A stretch of 64,000 nt of DNA, from the IMG/VR virus record IMGVR_UViG_3300042402_002055, positions 32,001 to 96,000 of that record; one strand, 5' to 3'. The notes under the pieces were generated by a model. That model saw only the letters and a program-made list of their open reading frames with translations, was not told where the DNA came from and did not search any database. Each line of letters begins with the position of its first letter. Within the stretch, counting starts at the first letter, position 1. Of this stretch, positions 28,393-38,930 are shown piece after piece. This DNA is from a virus. Position numbers and translations under genes: made by a program.

Positions 28393-29139
28393 ATGAAAAG
28401 TTTAAATTTTTGGAAACCAGAAGGATTTGACATTGCCAGTTATAAGTGGCACCTAAAGGAAAGAGTAGATAAAGAAATATTAGGAAATGGTTCCGATGTA
28501 GGGAGTTGTTATTACACTTTCAATGAATTGGGATTTAGAGGAGACTCACCAAAAAAGAAAGGAACTAGAGTAATGTCCGTTGGTTGTTCACACACCGAAG
28601 GAATTGGTGTCCACAATCATCAAACTTGGTCACATTATTTGACTAGGAGCATGAAGTCCGCAGTTGATTTAAACTTAGGAATAAGTGGAAGGAGTAATGA
28701 TTATATTTCCAGAACAATAATATCATGGACAGATTATCTTAATCCTGATTTGGTTTTAGTGATGTACACATACCCACATAGAAGAGAATTTTATAGAGAA
28801 ACAGGTGAAGTTGAGCCATATCATCCAAATCCTTGGGGATACTTTGATGAGGATAAAGAAGGTAGAATGGTATGGGCAAATAAAATTGCCTCATCAAACG
28901 ATTCGGAAGATTTTATCAATTGGTATAAAAATCACCAACTAATAACTTATTTTTTGAAATCAAAAGAAATTCCTTTTATTTGGAATGGAACATTTGTTGG
29001 AACCGATTACACCGATGAAAATAGATTTGATGGTGATTACCCAAATTTACCAGACTCACATAGTCATGCATCCCCACAACAAAATGAGATATATTCCAAA
29101 AAACTTTTAAATCATATCAAACAAAATTTTGAAATTTAA
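28393..29139 (+). CDS. SGNH-like hydrolase/acyltransferase paralog A
   Basis: N.LGFRG, GCSHTEG, NLGISGRSNDYI, C-terminal HSHAS. Confidence 0.6.
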   Translation: MKSLNFWKPEGFDIASYKWHLKERVDKEILGNGSDVGSCYYTFNELGFRGDSPKKKGTRVMSVGCSHTEGIGVHNHQTWSHYLTRSMKSAVDLNLGISGRSNDYISRTIISWTDYLNPDLVLVMYTYPHRREFYRETGEVEPYHPNPWGYFDEDKEGRMVWANKIASSNDSEDFINWYKNHQLITYFLKSKEIPFIWNGTFVGTDYTDENRFDGDYPNLPDSHSHASPQQNEIYSKKLLNHIKQNFEI

Positions 29140-29158
29140 AAAATTATTCGTATATTAG
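29128..29158 (+). promoter_or_regulatory. Bacteroidota-type promoter
   Basis: TTTG-N19-TATATTAG followed by an A-rich leader. Confidence 0.6.
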
Positions 29159-29180
29159 TAAAATATAAAACATAAAACAA

Positions 29181-29894
29181 ATGAACAAAAACAATTTATT
29201 AAAATTTATTCAAAAGTATTCATTGGGTGGACTTATTGAATCAGTAGCATGGAATGCAGAAGGAACAAAGTTATCAGTTAGATTTATTTCAGATGACAAA
29301 ACATTATTAGGTGAAGTAGAGTTTAACGCTTACACATCAACATCAATGAATGTGGGTATTTACACAACATCATTATTGAAAAATATGATTGGTGTATTAG
29401 ACAACGATTTAACATTAAAAGTTGATAAAGCAGGTGATAAATCGGTATCATTAAAGTTATCGTCTGACGAAACTGAAACATCTTATCAATTAGCAGACTT
29501 AGGAGTTATTCCACCTGTACCAGATTTGAAAGCATTGCCTGATTTTGGTATTTCAATTGATATGGCATCTAATATGATTGACAAATTTATCAAAGCAAAA
29601 GGTGCATTGAGTGATGTAGATACTTTCACAATCTTTACCGAAGCTGGTGATTTGAAGATGGCAATTGGTTATTCTTCTATCTCTACAAACCGAGTTACAT
29701 TTACTGCACAAAAAGATTACGCAGAAACAGTAAAACCAATTTCCTTCTCAGCAAAGTATTTGAAAGAAATCTTAACTGCAAACAAAGAAGCAACATCAGC
29801 AAAGTTAAAAGTTTCAACCGATGGTTTATCGAATGTTGAATTCCAAATTGATGACTTTGTGTGTAAATATTATTTAGTAGAAATTTCAAACTAA
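29181..29894 (+). CDS. Sliding clamp (T4 gp45-like)
   Basis: 237 aa, two-domain beta-rich pattern, GIY...L, C-terminal KYYLV; lies between PolB and the clamp loader. Confidence 0.7.
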   Translation: MNKNNLLKFIQKYSLGGLIESVAWNAEGTKLSVRFISDDKTLLGEVEFNAYTSTSMNVGIYTTSLLKNMIGVLDNDLTLKVDKAGDKSVSLKLSSDETETSYQLADLGVIPPVPDLKALPDFGISIDMASNMIDKFIKAKGALSDVDTFTIFTEAGDLKMAIGYSSISTNRVTFTAQKDYAETVKPISFSAKYLKEILTANKEATSAKLKVSTDGLSNVEFQIDDFVCKYYLVEISN

Positions 29895-29899
29895 TAAAA

Positions 29900-30193
29900 A
29901 TGAGTGAACAATTAGAATTATTCCCACAAGAGGAAGTAAAATCAGAAATAGAACAATTACCAACAATTCAAGATGCAGAGTGGTGTTTTCAGTTTTTCAA
30001 TAATGAACCGGTAGTATTTGCATGGCAACAAGAAGGTGTAGAACCAAATCCATTGGTATTACAAATTGAACCAAAAGATGGTGATGGATTAAATTTTCAA
30101 CAAAATGGAATGTCATTTAGAATTTTTCCAAGACCAATTAGTGAAAAAACGAAACAACAAAGACAAGATGAAAGTAAAGATAAAGAAGCTTAG
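29900..30193 (+). CDS. Hypothetical protein
   Basis: 97 aa; N-terminal QLELF resembles a clamp-binding QLxLF motif. Confidence 0.6.
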   Translation: MSEQLELFPQEEVKSEIEQLPTIQDAEWCFQFFNNEPVVFAWQQEGVEPNPLVLQIEPKDGDGLNFQQNGMSFRIFPRPISEKTKQQRQDESKDKEA

Positions 30194-30602
30194 TCCGGAG
30201 GCAGTCATCCCAACTTACGCAAAAGATGGTGATGCTGGTATGGATATGGTTGCAACGAAAATTATAAGTGACAATTTAGGTGCAGTTACATACGGAACTG
30301 ATATTGCAATAGAAATTCCCAAAGGATTTGTAGGATTGATTTTCCCTCGTTCATCTATTAGAAAAACAAACTTACAATTGAGTAATTCGGTTGGTGTAGT
30401 AGATAGTGGATATAGAGGTGAAATTCAAGCCACTTTTAATAAAATTCAGGGTATTGATAATGTTGAAAGAGATAGTTATAAAATTGGTGATAGAATTTGT
30501 CAAATTATGATTATACCACATCCACCTATCGAATTTGTAGAAGTAGAAGAATTAAATAACACCGAAAGAGGCGAAGGCGGATTCGGTTCAACTGGAAAAT
30601 AA
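30168..30602 (+). CDS. dut: dUTPase (trimeric)
   Basis: DAGMD, PRSS, GVVDSGYRGEI, GDRICQ, RGEGGFGSTG; start placed at ATG 30168. Confidence 0.95.
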   Translation: MKVKIKKLSPEAVIPTYAKDGDAGMDMVATKIISDNLGAVTYGTDIAIEIPKGFVGLIFPRSSIRKTNLQLSNSVGVVDSGYRGEIQATFNKIQGIDNVERDSYKIGDRICQIMIIPHPPIEFVEVEELNNTERGEGGFGSTGK

Positions 30603-30606
30603 TATT

Positions 30607-31311
30607 ATGAAAAAAATATATTTTGATGGGTGTTCTTACACATTCGGCCAAAGTTTAGAATTATATTGTAATTCACATGATATATTTCAACATGATAGAT
30701 TGAGTAAATATAAATTTACAGAAAGTGATTTAAAATTTATAAAAGAAAACAGATATACTTCAATTGTATCAAAACATTTTGAATTTGATGAAGTAAATAA
30801 ATCGATACCTGGAAAATCAAATGGAAAAATTTTATTTGATTTGAATAAACAAAATATAGATTTATACGAACATGTTATAATTCAATTAACACATTTTGGT
30901 AGATATTTTACAAAAAATATGCACGAATGGCAAAGTCACGAAGCAACGATTGACTTTATGTTAAAAAATGGATATCTAACACAGGAAGAAATAGATTATA
31001 CAATAGAAAATATAGAAAAAATTCAACTTGATTATTTTTTACAATTAGAAGAAAAATTTAAAAACTATCCAAATAAACTTAAAATCATATTTCATAGTGA
31101 TGAGTGGGAAGAAATACTATCAAAAGAACAAATACAAAAATATGGTATAAATATTGAAGGTGAGTATATGATTAAGAAGTGGGCTGAAAAGAATAATATG
31201 TTTATAAATCAACAAGACGAATTTAAAAATAGTATCTTTGCAAACTACGATACACATTTAACACCTGCAGGACATAAAATATTAGCAGAATCAATAATAA
31301 AACAATTATGA
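30607..31311 (+). CDS. SGNH-like hydrolase/acyltransferase paralog B
   Basis: FDGCSYTFG, NKSIPGKSN, IQLT...R, DTHLTPAGHKILA. Confidence 0.65.
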   Translation: MKKIYFDGCSYTFGQSLELYCNSHDIFQHDRLSKYKFTESDLKFIKENRYTSIVSKHFEFDEVNKSIPGKSNGKILFDLNKQNIDLYEHVIIQLTHFGRYFTKNMHEWQSHEATIDFMLKNGYLTQEEIDYTIENIEKIQLDYFLQLEEKFKNYPNKLKIIFHSDEWEEILSKEQIQKYGINIEGEYMIKKWAEKNNMFINQQDEFKNSIFANYDTHLTPAGHKILAESIIKQL

Positions 31312-32255
31312 GTTTTTTCGCAAACGAAAACAATAAAAAAGAACATAGCTTGTGGGTGGAGAAATACCGTCCACAAACTCTTGCCGACTATGTTGGTAAT
31401 GAAACCATCAAAGAAACAATTCAGCAATATTTAGATGCAAATGATATACCACATTTATTGTTGTATGGAAAAGCGGGCACGGGTAAGACCACACTTGCTA
31501 AACTAATCGTAAACACAATTAAATGTGACTTTATGATTATCAACGCATCGGATGAAAACAATGTGGATACCGTAAGAACAAAAGTAAAGAACTTCGCATC
31601 ATCGGTTGGATTTGCAGGTTTCAAAGTAATCATCTTAGATGAGTTTGATTATATGACACCCGGAGCACAAGCGATTTTGAGAAACTTAATGGAAACATTC
31701 AGTAAGCATTGTAGATTTATCTTAACCTGTAATTACATTGAGAAAATCATTGACCCTATCCAAAGTAGATGTCAATCTTTCGCAATCACTCCTCCTACTA
31801 AAAAGGATGTAGCAGTTCAGGTAGCAAAGATATTAGAAGCTGAAAAGATTAAGTTTGAACCAAAGAATATGGCTGATGTGATTAATTCATATTATCCAGA
31901 CATTAGAAGGATACTTAATACTTGTCAATTACAATCTGCAAAAGGTGAATTGAAAGTAGACCATAGAGTAATGGTTGAAGCAAACTTTGCAAGTAAACTT
32001 ATTGAGTTATTGAAATCAAATGATGAAAAACGAAATGTGTTTATGGCAACAAGACAAGCCGTAGCAGATAACAAATTAAATGACTACTCCGAAATGTATA
32101 CAATGTTATATGACAAAGTTGATGAATATGCAACCGGAAATGTAGCAAATGTTATTTTGACAATTGCAGATGGTCTTTCAAAAGATGCATTGGTAGTAGA
32201 TAAGGAAATCGTATTTATGTCTACAATTATACAAATATTAAACATTATAAAATAA
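31308..32255 (+). CDS. Clamp loader AAA+ subunit (T4 gp44/RFC-like)
   Basis: WVEKYRP, GKAGTGKTT, INASD, ILDEFD, SRC. Confidence 0.93.
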   Translation: MSFFANENNKKEHSLWVEKYRPQTLADYVGNETIKETIQQYLDANDIPHLLLYGKAGTGKTTLAKLIVNTIKCDFMIINASDENNVDTVRTKVKNFASSVGFAGFKVIILDEFDYMTPGAQAILRNLMETFSKHCRFILTCNYIEKIIDPIQSRCQSFAITPPTKKDVAVQVAKILEAEKIKFEPKNMADVINSYYPDIRRILNTCQLQSAKGELKVDHRVMVEANFASKLIELLKSNDEKRNVFMATRQAVADNKLNDYSEMYTMLYDKVDEYATGNVANVILTIADGLSKDALVVDKEIVFMSTIIQILNIIK

Positions 32256-32260
32256 ACAAA

Positions 32261-32500
32261 ATGGAACAAGGACAACAATTACCAACGAATTTTAACTTAA
32301 ACGATGCAAGAGATATGGATTGTGAATGTGGTGGAAAGATATTTTTACCAGCATATAGATTTAAAAAGATATCTCGTTTATTAACAGGACAACCAAAGGA
32401 TTCGGTTATGCCTATTGAATTGTATGTATGTGCAAGTTGTGGTAAAGCATTAAACGAATTATTACCACAAGAATTACAAGAAACAAAAATCACAGAATAA
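32261..32500 (+). CDS. Zinc-ribbon protein
   Basis: CECGG ... CASCG. Confidence 0.65.
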   Translation: MEQGQQLPTNFNLNDARDMDCECGGKIFLPAYRFKKISRLLTGQPKDSVMPIELYVCASCGKALNELLPQELQETKITE

Positions 32501-32949
32501 TGGCAGCAAAATTGTTTGACCATATCAATGCAATAACTACCATACAAGACCCTAAGTATTTTGACAAACTATCTGACGAAGATGTTAAGACTTGGAGTAA
32601 TTTTATGATAAATAGATTTCTATCAATGAAGCCTGAATGGGTTGAGTTGGTAGCATCTCTATTGCCTTTAACACAAACTCTACAACCAAAAGAAATGTAT
32701 AAGTTGTATATTAGTGTTATTCCAAAAGGTAAATACTTTTTGAAATATATAAAAGGAAAATCAGAGGATAAATATGAACAATTCATAGTTGACTTATTAA
32801 AGAAAGAATATGATTGTTCAGAAAATCAAGCAATTGAATATTTGGAAGTTCTTTATTCTACAAGAGAGGGTAGGGAATATATGAAGTATGTTTCCGAAAA
32901 ATATGGTATAGATAAAAAACAAATAACAAAACTAAAATTAAAAATATAG
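32500..32949 (+). CDS. Clamp loader small subunit (T4 gp62-like)
   Basis: LFD.INAI, FMINRFLSM, IPKGKYFLKYIK, Y.CSE..A.EY. Confidence 0.8.
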   Translation: MAAKLFDHINAITTIQDPKYFDKLSDEDVKTWSNFMINRFLSMKPEWVELVASLLPLTQTLQPKEMYKLYISVIPKGKYFLKYIKGKSEDKYEQFIVDLLKKEYDCSENQAIEYLEVLYSTREGREYMKYVSEKYGIDKKQITKLKLKI

Positions 32950-33815
32950 TGTTAAATAAAAAATATTTAATAGCAAATGGCTGTTCTTTTACCGAAGGTC
33001 ACCATTTGGGAAACGAAGGGTCGTGGGCAAAATTTTTAGGTAGTAAATTGAATTTAGAGGTAATAAATTTGGCAAAAGGTGGTAGTGGAAATGATACCAT
33101 AGTATGGCGAACTATGGAATTTTGTGAAATGAATAAAGATATTGCAAACAATTCATTATATGTAATTCAATTGAGTGAATGTTTAAGATACCACTTATAT
33201 TTTGATAATGGTATGGATAAACCACAGGAATGGCAAGTCACCCCTTTATGTTTTTTAAAAGGAATGGAGTGGAATAAAGGTGGAAATGGAGTTCAAAGTT
33301 GGATTTATAAAAACAAAGAAGAGTTGGTTTATATTTACAATAATATAACATTTGCATTATATAAAACTTTTCAAAATATTTTATCAATTGTTTCTTATTT
33401 TGAATCAAAAGGATACCCATATATTATTTTTGATGGAATAAATGACCACAATCCAATAAAAGTTAATAATTCATATTATTTAAAAGAATCTTGGAATGAT
33501 GATGCAAACGAACAATTTAAAATATTAACATCATTGGATATACAATTCCCAAATGATTATAAAAAATCTTTAGTAGATAGAGATTATGGTTATTTTATAC
33601 ATGAAACATTAATAAAAAATATATTTTCAAATAAGAAAGTATTTAAAGAAATTCCAACAATGATGAAATTTGTTATGGAAATTGGTTTAAAAAATCATAA
33701 TGATAGTGAATACTATTTTAGAGAAAATGGTGGCCACCCAAATATGGAAGCGGCTGACCAATGGGCAAATGTACTCAAAAATTATATAGAAGAAATATTT
33801 GGTAAATCGGAATAA
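32949..33815 (+). CDS. SGNH-like hydrolase/acyltransferase paralog C
   Basis: ANGCSFTEG, SW, NLAKGGSGNDTI, IQLS...R, GGHPN. Confidence 0.65.
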   Translation: MLNKKYLIANGCSFTEGHHLGNEGSWAKFLGSKLNLEVINLAKGGSGNDTIVWRTMEFCEMNKDIANNSLYVIQLSECLRYHLYFDNGMDKPQEWQVTPLCFLKGMEWNKGGNGVQSWIYKNKEELVYIYNNITFALYKTFQNILSIVSYFESKGYPYIIFDGINDHNPIKVNNSYYLKESWNDDANEQFKILTSLDIQFPNDYKKSLVDRDYGYFIHETLIKNIFSNKKVFKEIPTMMKFVMEIGLKNHNDSEYYFRENGGHPNMEAADQWANVLKNYIEEIFGKSE

Positions 33816-33829
33816 ATTGTCTATATTAG
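33798..33829 (+). promoter_or_regulatory. Bacteroidota-type promoter
   Basis: TTTGGTAA, spacer 20, TATATTAG; ATG at +15. Confidence 0.7.
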
Positions 33830-33836
33830 ATATATT

Positions 33837-34721
33837 ATGGCAAGAGTATCATTTTCACAATATAGTATGTGGCATAGTTGTCCACAACAATACAAATTAG
33901 CATACATAGATAAGTTAGGTGAATCATCATCTAACATTCATTCAATCTTTGGAACTGCAATGCACGAAACACTTCAAAACTATTTGGAGAAATGTTTAAG
34001 AATATCAAAGTCACAAGCTGACAAAATGATTGACTTGCAAGAGTATCTAAAAGAAAGAATGAGAGATGCATATCTTAAAGAAACCGAAGGGGAAATAGGA
34101 AATACTACAATATGCACCAAAGAAGAAATGGTGGAGTTTTTAGAAGATGGAAATGTCTTATTAGATTGGTTTCAAAAACCCAAAAACTTTAACAAATTCT
34201 TTTCGTTAAAACACGATGAGTTGGTAGCAATTGAACAACCTATAAACACAAAGATTTCAGAGAATGTAAACTTTATGGGTTTCATAGATTTGATTATCAG
34301 AGACACATTTACAGGTAGATACAGAATTATTGACTTTAAAACTTCTACAAGAGGTTGGAGTAAGTATCAAAAATCAGACCCAGTTAAAAACGCACAAATC
34401 TTATTATACAAAAAGTTCTATGCCGAATTGATTGGTATTTCGGAAGATGTGATTGATGTTGAATTTATTATTTTGAAAAGAAAAGTAGAAGTAAGAGAGG
34501 ATATCCCAACACATAGAATTAGTAAACACATACCTGCAAATGGTAAGGTATCAGTCAACAAAGCCTGGAAGGGTTTTACGGAATTTGTCGAAAGTGTATT
34601 TGACAAAGATGGTAATTATAGAACCGATATAGAGTTCCCAAAGAATGCAACCAAACTATGTGAATGGTGTGAGTTTTTTGATAGAGGAATATGTGATAGA
34701 GGATTAAAAAATTTAAATTAA
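33837..34721 (+). CDS. PD-(D/E)XK exonuclease (RecB/AddB/Cas4-like)
   Basis: SFSQ....CP, FGTAMH, E, GFIDLI, IIDFKT, Q..LY, C-terminal CEWC......C. Confidence 0.88.
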   Translation: MARVSFSQYSMWHSCPQQYKLAYIDKLGESSSNIHSIFGTAMHETLQNYLEKCLRISKSQADKMIDLQEYLKERMRDAYLKETEGEIGNTTICTKEEMVEFLEDGNVLLDWFQKPKNFNKFFSLKHDELVAIEQPINTKISENVNFMGFIDLIIRDTFTGRYRIIDFKTSTRGWSKYQKSDPVKNAQILLYKKFYAELIGISEDVIDVEFIILKRKVEVREDIPTHRISKHIPANGKVSVNKAWKGFTEFVESVFDKDGNYRTDIEFPKNATKLCEWCEFFDRGICDRGLKNLN

Positions 34722-34746
34722 ACAATATATATTTTAAAAATAAGTT

Positions 34747-36129
34747 ATGGCAAAAAAGAAGATTCTGTTATTATCAGATGATTTAAGAATGGCAAGTGGT
34801 ATTGCCAATGTTTCCAAACAATTAGTATTAGGAACGGTTGATAAGTATGATTGGGTTCAATTGGGAGCAGCAATCAAACATCCAGAAGCTGGTAAGGTTT
34901 TAGACTTAAACGATAGTGTTAGAGAACAAACCGGTGTAAAAGATGCAAGTGTAAAAATTTACCCATCGGATGGTTATGGTAATCCGGATATTATCAGACA
35001 ATTGTTGATGGTTGAAAAACCTGATGCAATCTTACACTTTACAGACCCGAGATATTGGATTTGGTTGTATGAAATGGAACATGAAGTTCGTCAATCAGTA
35101 CCTTTATTCTTTTATCATATTTGGGATGATTTACCAGACCCAAAATACAATAGAGATTACTACGAAAGTTGTGATTGGATTGGATGTATTTCTAAACAAA
35201 CTTATGGTATTACCAAAAGAGTATATAGTTGGGATAAAGAAAAACATTGGACTAAGCCTGAAGATTGGCAAGTAAGTTATGTACCACATGGTATCAATTC
35301 GGACTTATACAAACCGGTAGAAGTTCCAAAAGATTTTAAAGAAAGTATATTTGGTGATAAAGAATATGATTTCGTATTGTATTGGAGTAATAGAAACATT
35401 CGTAGAAAACAACCAATTGATGTAATTCTTGCGTTTGACAAATTCGTTGAAGCATTGGCACCTGAACATAGAGATAAAGTATGTTTATTAATGCATACCG
35501 AACCTGTACAAGAACATGGTACAGATTTACCTAGAACAATTGCAGAATGTTGTTCATCAGAAACAAATGTAGTATTTGCACCGAACCGATACAATGAAGA
35601 ACAATTAAACTATCTTTACAATATGGGTGATGTGACAATCAATGTTGCATCTAACGAAGGATTTGGATTAGCAACCGCTGAATCGGTAATGGCCGGAACT
35701 CCAATCATCGTAACGGTGACTGGTGGATTACAAGACCAATGTGGATTTAGAGAAAACGGAACGGGTAAATTACTTACGGCAGATGATTATGTAGAGATTG
35801 GTTCTTTACACGATAGACATAGAAAAGCAGGTGTAGTTTGGGGAGATTGGGTTAAACCAATTTGGCCAGTTCGTTCAACAACGGGTTCAGTTCCTACTCC
35901 ATATATCTTTGATGATAGAGTTGATTTTGAAGATATATCTCCATTGATTATGGATTGGTATAAAATGCCAAAAGAGGACAGAGAATCGGCCGGACTAAAA
36001 GGTAGAAAACACTTTTTAGGAGAAGGTGGATTGAGTAGAGAAAATATGTGTCAAACATTAGTAGATGGTATGGAAGGTGCATTTGCAAATTGGAAACCAA
36101 AACAAAAATTTAAGTTAATAGAGTTATAA
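34747..36129 (+). CDS. GT-B (GT4-like) glycosyltransferase
   Basis: VPHGI, NRNIRRK, NEGFGLATAES...GTPII....GGL. Confidence 0.85.
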   Translation: MAKKKILLLSDDLRMASGIANVSKQLVLGTVDKYDWVQLGAAIKHPEAGKVLDLNDSVREQTGVKDASVKIYPSDGYGNPDIIRQLLMVEKPDAILHFTDPRYWIWLYEMEHEVRQSVPLFFYHIWDDLPDPKYNRDYYESCDWIGCISKQTYGITKRVYSWDKEKHWTKPEDWQVSYVPHGINSDLYKPVEVPKDFKESIFGDKEYDFVLYWSNRNIRRKQPIDVILAFDKFVEALAPEHRDKVCLLMHTEPVQEHGTDLPRTIAECCSSETNVVFAPNRYNEEQLNYLYNMGDVTINVASNEGFGLATAESVMAGTPIIVTVTGGLQDQCGFRENGTGKLLTADDYVEIGSLHDRHRKAGVVWGDWVKPIWPVRSTTGSVPTPYIFDDRVDFEDISPLIMDWYKMPKEDRESAGLKGRKHFLGEGGLSRENMCQTLVDGMEGAFANWKPKQKFKLIEL

Positions 36130-36130
36130 T

Positions 36131-37399
36131 ATGAAACCAACATTAGTATTTCAGGCACCAGTAGCAACAAGAAGTGGGTATGGTGACCACGCGAGAGATT
36201 TATTACATTCTCTTTATAAATTAGATAAGTTTGAAATTAAAGTAATTAGCACTCGTTGGGGACAAACTCCAATGGATGCACTTAATTATGACAATCCATT
36301 TCATAAGTGGGTAGTAGACAGTATTATTCCAAAAATTGACCAAAAACCTGACATTTATATTCAGGTTACTGTACCAAATGAATTTCAACCATTGGGATTC
36401 TACAATATAGGAATCACTGCCGCAATTGAAACCACACATTGTGCATTAGATTGGATACATGGTTGTAATAGAATGGATTTAATATTAGTACCATCCGAAC
36501 ATTCTAAGAAAAGTTTAGTTGATACAATTTATAATGAGGCTGATAAAAATAGTGGCCAATTGATTGCACAACATAAAATTCAGAAACCAGTTGAGATTAT
36601 TTTTGAAGGATTTGATGAGATGGATTTCGGAACAGATACAATTGAACACATTACTGAATTGGATTCAATCAAAGAAGATTTTGCATTTCTATTCGTAGGA
36701 CATTGGTTAAGAGGTGATTTGGGTGAAGATAGAAAGAATGTTGGAATGATGATTAAAACATTTGCAATGGCTTTCAAAAATGAAAAAGTTAAACCGGCAT
36801 TAGTATTGAAGACAAGTTCGGCTGGATTTAGTGTAATGGACAGAGAAAACACCATTAAGAAAATTAGAGAAGTATTGGGTAGTGATTATAAAAAAGTTCC
36901 AATTTATCTATTGCATGGTGATTTAACACCGGCACAAATGAATGGACTATATGAACATAAAAAAGTAAAGGCAATGTTAAACTTCACAAAGGGTGAGGGA
37001 TTTGGTAGACCTTTATTAGAATTCAGTTTGACAGGTAAGCCGGTTATCGTATCTAATTGGTCTGGCCATTTGGATTTCCTAAAACAAGGTGCCGTATTAT
37101 TAGAAGGTGAATTAAAAAATGTACATGAATCAGCTGCAGACCAATTCTTATTAAAAGAATCCAGTTGGTTTAATGTTAATATTTCAAAGGCATTGACTAC
37201 AATCAAAGATGTTTATAAAAATTACGACAAATATAAAGTAGATTCATCTCAATTAGGTAAACAAAATAAACAAAATTTCAGTTTAGAGAAAATGACTAAA
37301 TTGTTTGATGTAATTTTAAATCAGTATGGTATTTATACTAAGATACAACCAAAGTTTCAACAATTACAATTACCAAAATTGAAGATGTTAAATAAATAA
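36131..37399 (+). CDS. GT-B (GT4-like) glycosyltransferase
   Basis: SGYG, VPS.HSK, RKN, KGEGFGRPLLE...GKPVIVSNWSGH. Confidence 0.85.
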   Translation: MKPTLVFQAPVATRSGYGDHARDLLHSLYKLDKFEIKVISTRWGQTPMDALNYDNPFHKWVVDSIIPKIDQKPDIYIQVTVPNEFQPLGFYNIGITAAIETTHCALDWIHGCNRMDLILVPSEHSKKSLVDTIYNEADKNSGQLIAQHKIQKPVEIIFEGFDEMDFGTDTIEHITELDSIKEDFAFLFVGHWLRGDLGEDRKNVGMMIKTFAMAFKNEKVKPALVLKTSSAGFSVMDRENTIKKIREVLGSDYKKVPIYLLHGDLTPAQMNGLYEHKKVKAMLNFTKGEGFGRPLLEFSLTGKPVIVSNWSGHLDFLKQGAVLLEGELKNVHESAADQFLLKESSWFNVNISKALTTIKDVYKNYDKYKVDSSQLGKQNKQNFSLEKMTKLFDVILNQYGIYTKIQPKFQQLQLPKLKMLNK

Positions 37400-37400
37400 A

Positions 37401-37913
37401 ATGTACACAAAAATATACCAAAGATATGTAAAGTCCAAAAAGAGAGTGGCAGATGCTCTTAGAACAATGGAGAGAGGTAATTTCTATCAATTATTGGAAT
37501 ACGATTACATAGATGTAGAAGATTCTAAAACTTGGTCAGCATCAACAGCACCGATAATATATGTTCTATATGTTTCAGCAAAAGATGATTTGGTACATGC
37601 TATAAAATTATCCGATATTAATCCAGTCACTGTAAAAAGATTGTTTGGTAAATTGGTGGACGAAGCCGATGGTGAATTAGATTTAGGAAAGAAAGCTTCA
37701 TCTGCTTATGAAAATAAAATAAAAAATATGAAGTTTTTTTCAAAAAACTTTTACAGAACATACAAACTTTCGGGTATTAGGAGAGTATCATCTTTGGATA
37801 TGGATATTGCCAATTTGGTTCCAAAAGCAAAACTAAAAAATATTAAAGATGGATACGCGGTATATAGTAGAACAAATAAAAAGAGAAATATAGACACAAA
37901 TCCAAACGATTAA
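37401..37913 (+). CDS. Hypothetical protein, weakly T4 gp2 (DNA end protector)-like
   Basis: PIIYVL...HAIKL...P ... YRTY pattern; weak resemblance only. Confidence 0.4.
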   Translation: MYTKIYQRYVKSKKRVADALRTMERGNFYQLLEYDYIDVEDSKTWSASTAPIIYVLYVSAKDDLVHAIKLSDINPVTVKRLFGKLVDEADGELDLGKKASSAYENKIKNMKFFSKNFYRTYKLSGIRRVSSLDMDIANLVPKAKLKNIKDGYAVYSRTNKKRNIDTNPND

Positions 37914-37926
37914 AAAATAAATAGTT

Positions 37927-38307
37927 ATGACATCAAAAGAATTCGTTATTTGGTTAAAGGGTTTTACGGAAGGAGTCCATGAATTTGCAATTACTCCAAA
38001 ACAATGGGATTACCTAAAAGAAAAATTAGCAGAGGTTAAGGATGAAGAACCAATAGGATTTCCATTTGGAGTTCCGAATACTGCACCAATACAAACACTA
38101 CCACATATTACACCAGGTCCATTGACAGACCCATACAATCCATATAAAGTAACTTGTACACCAGGAACAACAATTACAACAACACCAGGTGTTGGTTCTA
38201 TTACAATATCTAATCCACCATTTGGATTTGGAAGTACATCAACTGCCTATGGATACCCAAGTGGTTCTGCATGGAGTTATACAACATCAAACGAAAAAGT
38301 ATTTTAA
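37927..38307 (+). CDS. Hypothetical protein with Thr/Pro/Gly-rich low-complexity tail
   Basis: N-terminal EFVIWLKGF..P.QW..LKEKL followed by a disordered tail. Confidence 0.6.
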   Translation: MTSKEFVIWLKGFTEGVHEFAITPKQWDYLKEKLAEVKDEEPIGFPFGVPNTAPIQTLPHITPGPLTDPYNPYKVTCTPGTTITTTPGVGSITISNPPFGFGSTSTAYGYPSGSAWSYTTSNEKVF

Positions 38308-38930
38308 TGAAATTAAGTTACGCGATAACGGCTTGTAATGAAGTCGAAGAAACAATTAGATTAGTAAGTCAGTTGTTAAACTACAAAGAAGAAAATTCAG
38401 AAATAGTAGTTCTGCTAGATACACCAAAAGCTCCTACGGAATTGATAGAATATTTGGAATTACAAGGTAATGCTGATAAGATTACTTTGATTGAATCCGA
38501 ATTTAATAATGACTTTGCACAATGGAAAAACTTACTAAATTCGGAATGTAAGGGTGAGTGGATATTCCAATTAGATGCGGATGAGTTTTTAGAACCAGAT
38601 TTAATTTATAATTTAGAAGATATATTGGAGACGAATGTTGATAAAGATTTAATATTAGTTCCAAGAATAAATACCGTAGAAGGTTTAACCGAATCACATA
38701 TTCAAAAGTGGGGTTGGAAAGTGGATGAAAAAGGTTGGGTAAACTTTCCTGATGTTCAAACTCGTATTTACAAAAACAAAGAAACCATTGGTTGGAGTGG
38801 TAAAGTACATGAAAGAATTGGTGGATTTGAATCTTATACAAATTTTCCATTTGAAGAAATTTATTGTATCAAACATCCAAAGACAATAGAAAGACAAGAA
38901 AGACAGAATAACTACTACGATACTTTATAA
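38307..38930 (+). CDS. GT2-like glycosyltransferase
   Basis: LSYAITACNE, DFA..KN, GEWIFQLDADE, W.GKVHE. Confidence 0.85.
   Translation: MKLSYAITACNEVEETIRLVSQLLNYKEENSEIVVLLDTPKAPTELIEYLELQGNADKITLIESEFNNDFAQWKNLLNSECKGEWIFQLDADEFLEPDLIYNLEDILETNVDKDLILVPRINTVEGLTESHIQKWGWKVDEKGWVNFPDVQTRIYKNKETIGWSGKVHERIGGFESYTNFPFEEIYCIKHPKTIERQERQNNYYDTL

Noticed and set aside
33837-34721. CRISPR-Cas (Cas4-like nuclease)
   Set aside because: No repeat-spacer array or other cas genes; stand-alone PD-(D/E)XK exonucleases are common in phage replication modules
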